From IMG/VR virus record IMGVR_UViG_3300043961_000090: a stretch of DNA of 64,000 nucleotides, one strand, 5' to 3'. Positions 60,232 to 64,000 of the stretch are shown here, one piece after another (positions within the stretch are counted from its first letter, which is position 1; each line of letters starts with the position of its first letter). Source of the DNA: an uncultured virus (IMG/VR IMGVR_UViG_3300043961_000090). Lineage: Duplodnaviria; Heunggongvirae; Uroviricota; Caudoviricetes. The notes beneath the pieces are model-generated. The model was not told where the DNA came from. It ran no database searches and was given only the letters and a program-made list of their open reading frames with translations. The position numbers and the translations under genes were made by a program.

Positions 60232-60277
60232 TCCAAAGGAAGCCTCTTCAGAAAAGTAGATTTGAATTTTATATTGT

Positions 60278-60877
60278 ATGATGTTGATACAAAGTTTGGA
60301 ACAAAAGACAAGGCTTGCGCTGCTGACGGTCGTTCTTACCGTCTGCGGTTGTACGGTGATCTGTGCTTTCACCGTCTATTATGCCGCGAAGCTGATCACC
60401 GATGACCGCCGGCAGATCTACTGCATCGACGGTCAGATTCCCTTTCTGGCAGAACGCAGCAAGCAGGAAGCCAACTTCGTGATGGAAGCCAAGGCGGACA
60501 TCCAGCTCTTTCACCAGTATTTCTTCAACCTGCCACCGGATGATGATTATATCAAATGGACACTGGGCAAGGCGATGTATATGGCGGACGGCACGGCCAT
60601 GAAACAGAAACAGGCCATGGAAGAGAACGGTTTCTATAGTGATATTGTCTCTTCCTCGGCTGTCTGTACCATTATGTGTGACTCTATCCATCTCGATGAG
60701 CGTACGAGGAAGTTTACCTATTATGGCACGCAGTTGATCAAACGCCGCAGCCGGGATCTGAGACGCTCTATCATCACCAGCGGTGAGCTGGTCAACGTAC
60801 CCCGCACCCAGAACAATCCCCACGGACTGCTGATTACCCACTGGAGGACCCTGGAAGACAAGGACCTTGACCATTAA
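60278..60877 (+). CDS. traK: TraK (VirB8-like)
   Basis: FHQYFFNLPPD, RTQNNPHGLLI. Confidence 0.9.
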   Translation: MMLIQSLEQKTRLALLTVVLTVCGCTVICAFTVYYAAKLITDDRRQIYCIDGQIPFLAERSKQEANFVMEAKADIQLFHQYFFNLPPDDDYIKWTLGKAMYMADGTAMKQKQAMEENGFYSDIVSSSAVCTIMCDSIHLDERTRKFTYYGTQLIKRRSRDLRRSIITSGELVNVPRTQNNPHGLLITHWRTLEDKDLDH

Positions 60878-60895
60878 TCTCTAATCCATTCAAGT

Positions 60896-61399
60896 ATGAA
60901 GAAAAGATTCAGACAGGCAAAGACAGCCCGGGATGAAAAGATAGTCCGTCATGCCACTACACTCGTGGACAGACTCGCGAAAAAGGTAAGACTCCGGGAG
61001 CGGATAGCCGTTGCCAACCGCCTGGCAAGGATGCATAAAAAGAGGACGTTCTGTTGGACGATAGGTCTGCTTTCCGTATCCCTCCTCATGGGTATCTTCC
61101 TGAGTATAGGAGATCTGACGAAGAGCGGTGATCAGGGCAGCAGTCCGGATGACCTTCAACTCAGTTCCATTGCCAATGTCCGTCCGATGTTCGACGGCCT
61201 GCACCAGATACAGAATGCCAGGGCCCTGCAGGGCGGACAGGTTGGCGCGATGATCTCCAGGGGTATCTGTCTCAAGGAGCAGCTGGATTCCCTGGTCCGG
61301 CTCCCCCATAATACCCACCGGGATTCTGCTGCCATTATCGTCAAGTACCATCAATTGGAATATCTGATCCAATCCATAAAAACAAAAGAGAAACGATGA
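60896..61399 (+). CDS. TraL-position membrane protein
   Basis: Single TM helix, between traK and traM. Confidence 0.6.
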   Translation: MKKRFRQAKTARDEKIVRHATTLVDRLAKKVRLRERIAVANRLARMHKKRTFCWTIGLLSVSLLMGIFLSIGDLTKSGDQGSSPDDLQLSSIANVRPMFDGLHQIQNARALQGGQVGAMISRGICLKEQLDSLVRLPHNTHRDSAAIIVKYHQLEYLIQSIKTKEKR

Positions 61400-62583
61400 A
61401 TAAGATCAATTTCAAACAGCCTAAATATATCCTCCCCCTGGTTACGCTCCTGCCAGTGCTCTTCCTCGCCCACACCATCATGAACTTTTCGGGAAAAGGA
61501 AGCGATACTCCTAAAAAGGGTGTCGCGACCGATTCCATCAGTATGTCCCTGCCGGCAGCGGAGAATGTGGGGATTGGCGACAAGATGTCTGATATGAACC
61601 AGCGGATGAGTGAGGACGGAGCCTATACCGCTGTGGACGGCATAGGTGATGAGGATGAAAGCAAAGATTCCACCACAAGCGGCTATAGTGAAAAGGAACT
61701 TGACAACATTGATGCGGCCAATGCTGACCGGAAACGCCAGCAGAAGCAGATGGAAGATATGGAACGCAGTCTTGCCGAAAGCCGGAAGCATATCAACTCC
61801 TATGCAGGAAGCGGTTCTTCGTCAGGCAGCAGCCAGCAGGAGGAGTATGGTGACTATGCCAGGGAGATAGCGGCTATCCAGCGCAGGAGCGTGGCCCGGC
61901 AGCGGGCTTATGAAAAATCCCTGGACGGGAATACAGGTGGGACTGTGGGCGGCAGCGATACTCCCGCTTCCCTTCCCGAAGGCAGGAGAAAGGGCAGGTC
62001 CAGGACTGCCAAGCCGGAGATTGCCATCCTGCATAAGGTGCAGAGCGCAAATGAAGACCAGTTCCATACGCTGGCCTCGCCATCCGCTGCCGATGAACCG
62101 CTGATCAGGGCGATGATCGACAAGACCACCAGGGCCCATGAAGGGACCCGTCTGCGTTTCAAGCTTCTCGATGACGTCACCCTCAAGGGGACGGCTCTCC
62201 GCAAGGGTACCTACCTCTATGGTATCGTGACGGGCTTCGGGCAGCAGCGTGTCAAGGCCAGTATCACCAGTATCCTCGTGAAGGACAAGTTTATCCGTGT
62301 CAGCCTTTCCGTCTATGACAACGACGGCATGGAAGGTTTCTATGTCCCCGAGTCAGCCTTCCGGGATATGATGAAGGAAGCCGGAGCTCAGGCCATGCAG
62401 AACAATGTCACCTTTGATAATGGCGGCGGATCAGAGCTCAGCGGCGAGTCCATTGCCCTTCAGACCCTGCAGAATATGTACCAGAGCGCGTCGAATGCCG
62501 TGGCGAACAATATCCGTAAGAACAAGGCCCGTATCAAGTACAACACGATTGTCTATCTCATCAATACAGGAAACAACGAATAA
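61396..62583 (+). CDS. traM: TraM (VirB10-like)
   Basis: RLRFKLLDDV, SLSVYDNDGMEGFYVP. Confidence 0.9.
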   Translation: MNKINFKQPKYILPLVTLLPVLFLAHTIMNFSGKGSDTPKKGVATDSISMSLPAAENVGIGDKMSDMNQRMSEDGAYTAVDGIGDEDESKDSTTSGYSEKELDNIDAANADRKRQQKQMEDMERSLAESRKHINSYAGSGSSSGSSQQEEYGDYAREIAAIQRRSVARQRAYEKSLDGNTGGTVGGSDTPASLPEGRRKGRSRTAKPEIAILHKVQSANEDQFHTLASPSAADEPLIRAMIDKTTRAHEGTRLRFKLLDDVTLKGTALRKGTYLYGIVTGFGQQRVKASITSILVKDKFIRVSLSVYDNDGMEGFYVPESAFRDMMKEAGAQAMQNNVTFDNGGGSELSGESIALQTLQNMYQSASNAVANNIRKNKARIKYNTIVYLINTGNNE

Positions 62584-62601
62584 AGAATAACAAACAAAGA
62601 T

Positions 62602-63540
62602 ATGAAAAAGATTTTTGCATTGCTGGCTGCGGTGACCCTGTTTACACTCCCAGCCGGCGCACAGAAGAAGTACACTTCCATACTCCGGGACACCACCGTA
62701 AAGGCACGGTATATCCATACCCCTGTCTCTCAGGAGACTTCTGTCTTCCATGAGGATATCCGGCGGAGTAACATCTATGTCAATGAGGAGGTCACCACGC
62801 ATATCATCATGCCGGAGAATATCAAGCTCGTGGATATCTCTACGGCAAATATTGTCGGCAACCAGTGTGAGGACAACATCGTCCGGATCAAACCGGCACA
62901 CAGGATGTACGACAATGAACTGCTCGGCACCCTCACCCTTATCGGTGAGCGCCATCTGGCCCAGTTCAACGTCATCTATACGCAGGGGCCGAACCGGGCA
63001 GATGCCATCTTCAAGGTCAGGCAGGAGGATATGAAACGCTATGACAATCCCGATGTGCTCATGCCCGAGGGAGAGATGGCCAGGTATGCCTGGGCGATCT
63101 ATGGCAGTGGCCGGAAGTTTTATGGTCTCCACTCCTCCGCTAACGGGATCAAGGCTGTCATTAACAACATCTATAGTATCAATGACTATTTCTTCATCGA
63201 CTTCTCCCTCTATAACAAGACGAAAATCAAGTATGACATCAGTGAGATACGCGTCAAGCTCACCGATAAAAAAGAGACCAAGGCCACGAATACCCAGACG
63301 ATCGAGCTGACTCCTGTCTATAGTCTGAACAAGGCGACCAGTTTTCAGAAAGGCTACCGCAATGTCCTGGTCCTGAACAAACTTACTTTCCCGGATGAAA
63401 AAGTCCTTATGCTGGAAATTTCAGAGAATCAGATTTCCGGAAGGGTCATCTGTATCCCCATCGAATATGAGGACATCCTGCATGCCGACAGCTTCAGCGA
63501 GGAACTGATGAAATCGCTGGAAAAATCCTATAAACGGTAA
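62602..63540 (+). CDS. traN: TraN (VirB9-like, DUF4138)
   Basis: TTHIIMPENIKLVDIST, KLTFPDEKVL..EISE. Confidence 0.88.
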   Translation: MKKIFALLAAVTLFTLPAGAQKKYTSILRDTTVKARYIHTPVSQETSVFHEDIRRSNIYVNEEVTTHIIMPENIKLVDISTANIVGNQCEDNIVRIKPAHRMYDNELLGTLTLIGERHLAQFNVIYTQGPNRADAIFKVRQEDMKRYDNPDVLMPEGEMARYAWAIYGSGRKFYGLHSSANGIKAVINNIYSINDYFFIDFSLYNKTKIKYDISEIRVKLTDKKETKATNTQTIELTPVYSLNKATSFQKGYRNVLVLNKLTFPDEKVLMLEISENQISGRVICIPIEYEDILHADSFSEELMKSLEKSYKR

Positions 63541-63544
63541 AATT

Positions 63545-64000
63545 ATGAAAAAGCCAGGTATGATGATCTGCGCCCTGATGCTGACGGCGTCAGTATGGGC
63601 GGGAGAAGGCGACCGGTATGTAAACATCAATTCCGGATTTCTTTTTAACTCCACGCTGAATGTCACTGCCGGCTATGAACGGCAACTGGAGTATGGCGAT
63701 GCCGTGGAGCTCTTCGGCGAGGTTGGCGACCGCTGGCACAGAGACCCTGTCTGTGGCCGGGTATGCCGTAAAGTCTTCTGGAAAGACCACTATTGGGACG
63801 GCGGACTGCTCTATAAGAAGAGCGTCAGACGCTTCAAGAACTCCCGTCTGCGCCTGTGTGTCGGTCCCGTTTTCGGCTCCCACACCGGGGATTATTTCTT
63901 TGGCGTGGAGGGAGGACTGGAATATGACTGCATCTTCCCTTGTGGAATACAGTTTTCGGTCATCCAGAAGAATGATGTGAGTTTCCTTCATGGTGACACG
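63545..64000 (+). CDS. traO: TraO-like outer-membrane protein (truncated by window end)
   Basis: Open frame MKKPGMMICALMLTASVWAG... after traN; signal peptide. Confidence 0.6.
   Translation, partial: MKKPGMMICALMLTASVWAGEGDRYVNINSGFLFNSTLNVTAGYERQLEYGDAVELFGEVGDRWHRDPVCGRVCRKVFWKDHYWDGGLLYKKSVRRFKNSRLRLCVGPVFGSHTGDYFFGVEGGLEYDCIFPCGIQFSVIQKNDVSFLHGDT

Larger units (their letters stand above)
39363..64000. mobile_element. Integrative conjugative element with defence cargo (continues past window end)
   Basis: Integrase plus excisionase at att, AT-rich cargo, higher-GC tra operon; linkage of int and tra into one element is inferred. Confidence 0.75.

Noticed and set aside
53830..63991. Long antisense ORFs over tra genes
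   Set aside because: Shadow frames of GC-richer sense genes with recognisable tra motifs

Overview
Bacteroidales-type DNA (TAnnTTTG promoters, CTn-like tra genes) containing two mobile elements integrated in tandem. (1) An apparently complete ~39.2 kb temperate siphovirus-like prophage (113-39362) bounded by a 13-bp direct repeat that resembles the 3' end of a tRNA-Gln. It carries a repressor/Cro switch, a large primase-helicase, an iteron-type origin, ClpP/capsid, terminase, GH19 lysin, accessory genes, portal, tape measure, an SGNH-tipped tail fibre and a tyrosine integrase. (2) The left part of an integrative conjugative element (39363 to beyond 64000): integrase/excisionase, a defence cargo (AbiE type IV TA, HipBA, stand-alone Cas13b with an 11-repeat CRISPR array) and a traE-traO operon. 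The main observation is that spacer 6 of the ICE-borne type VI-B array matches the neighbouring prophage's primase gene at 29/30 nt, antisense to the mRNA, while the prophage carries an acr/aca-like two-gene unit. Also notable: a duplicated ~390-nt structured RNA-like element flanking hipBA, a fixed-spacing phage promoter motif (TGTCC-N23-TAnnTTTG), a c4-like antisense switch, and a repeat-flanked cassette of exported-protein genes. All calls are from reading the sequence by eye; no database searches were run.
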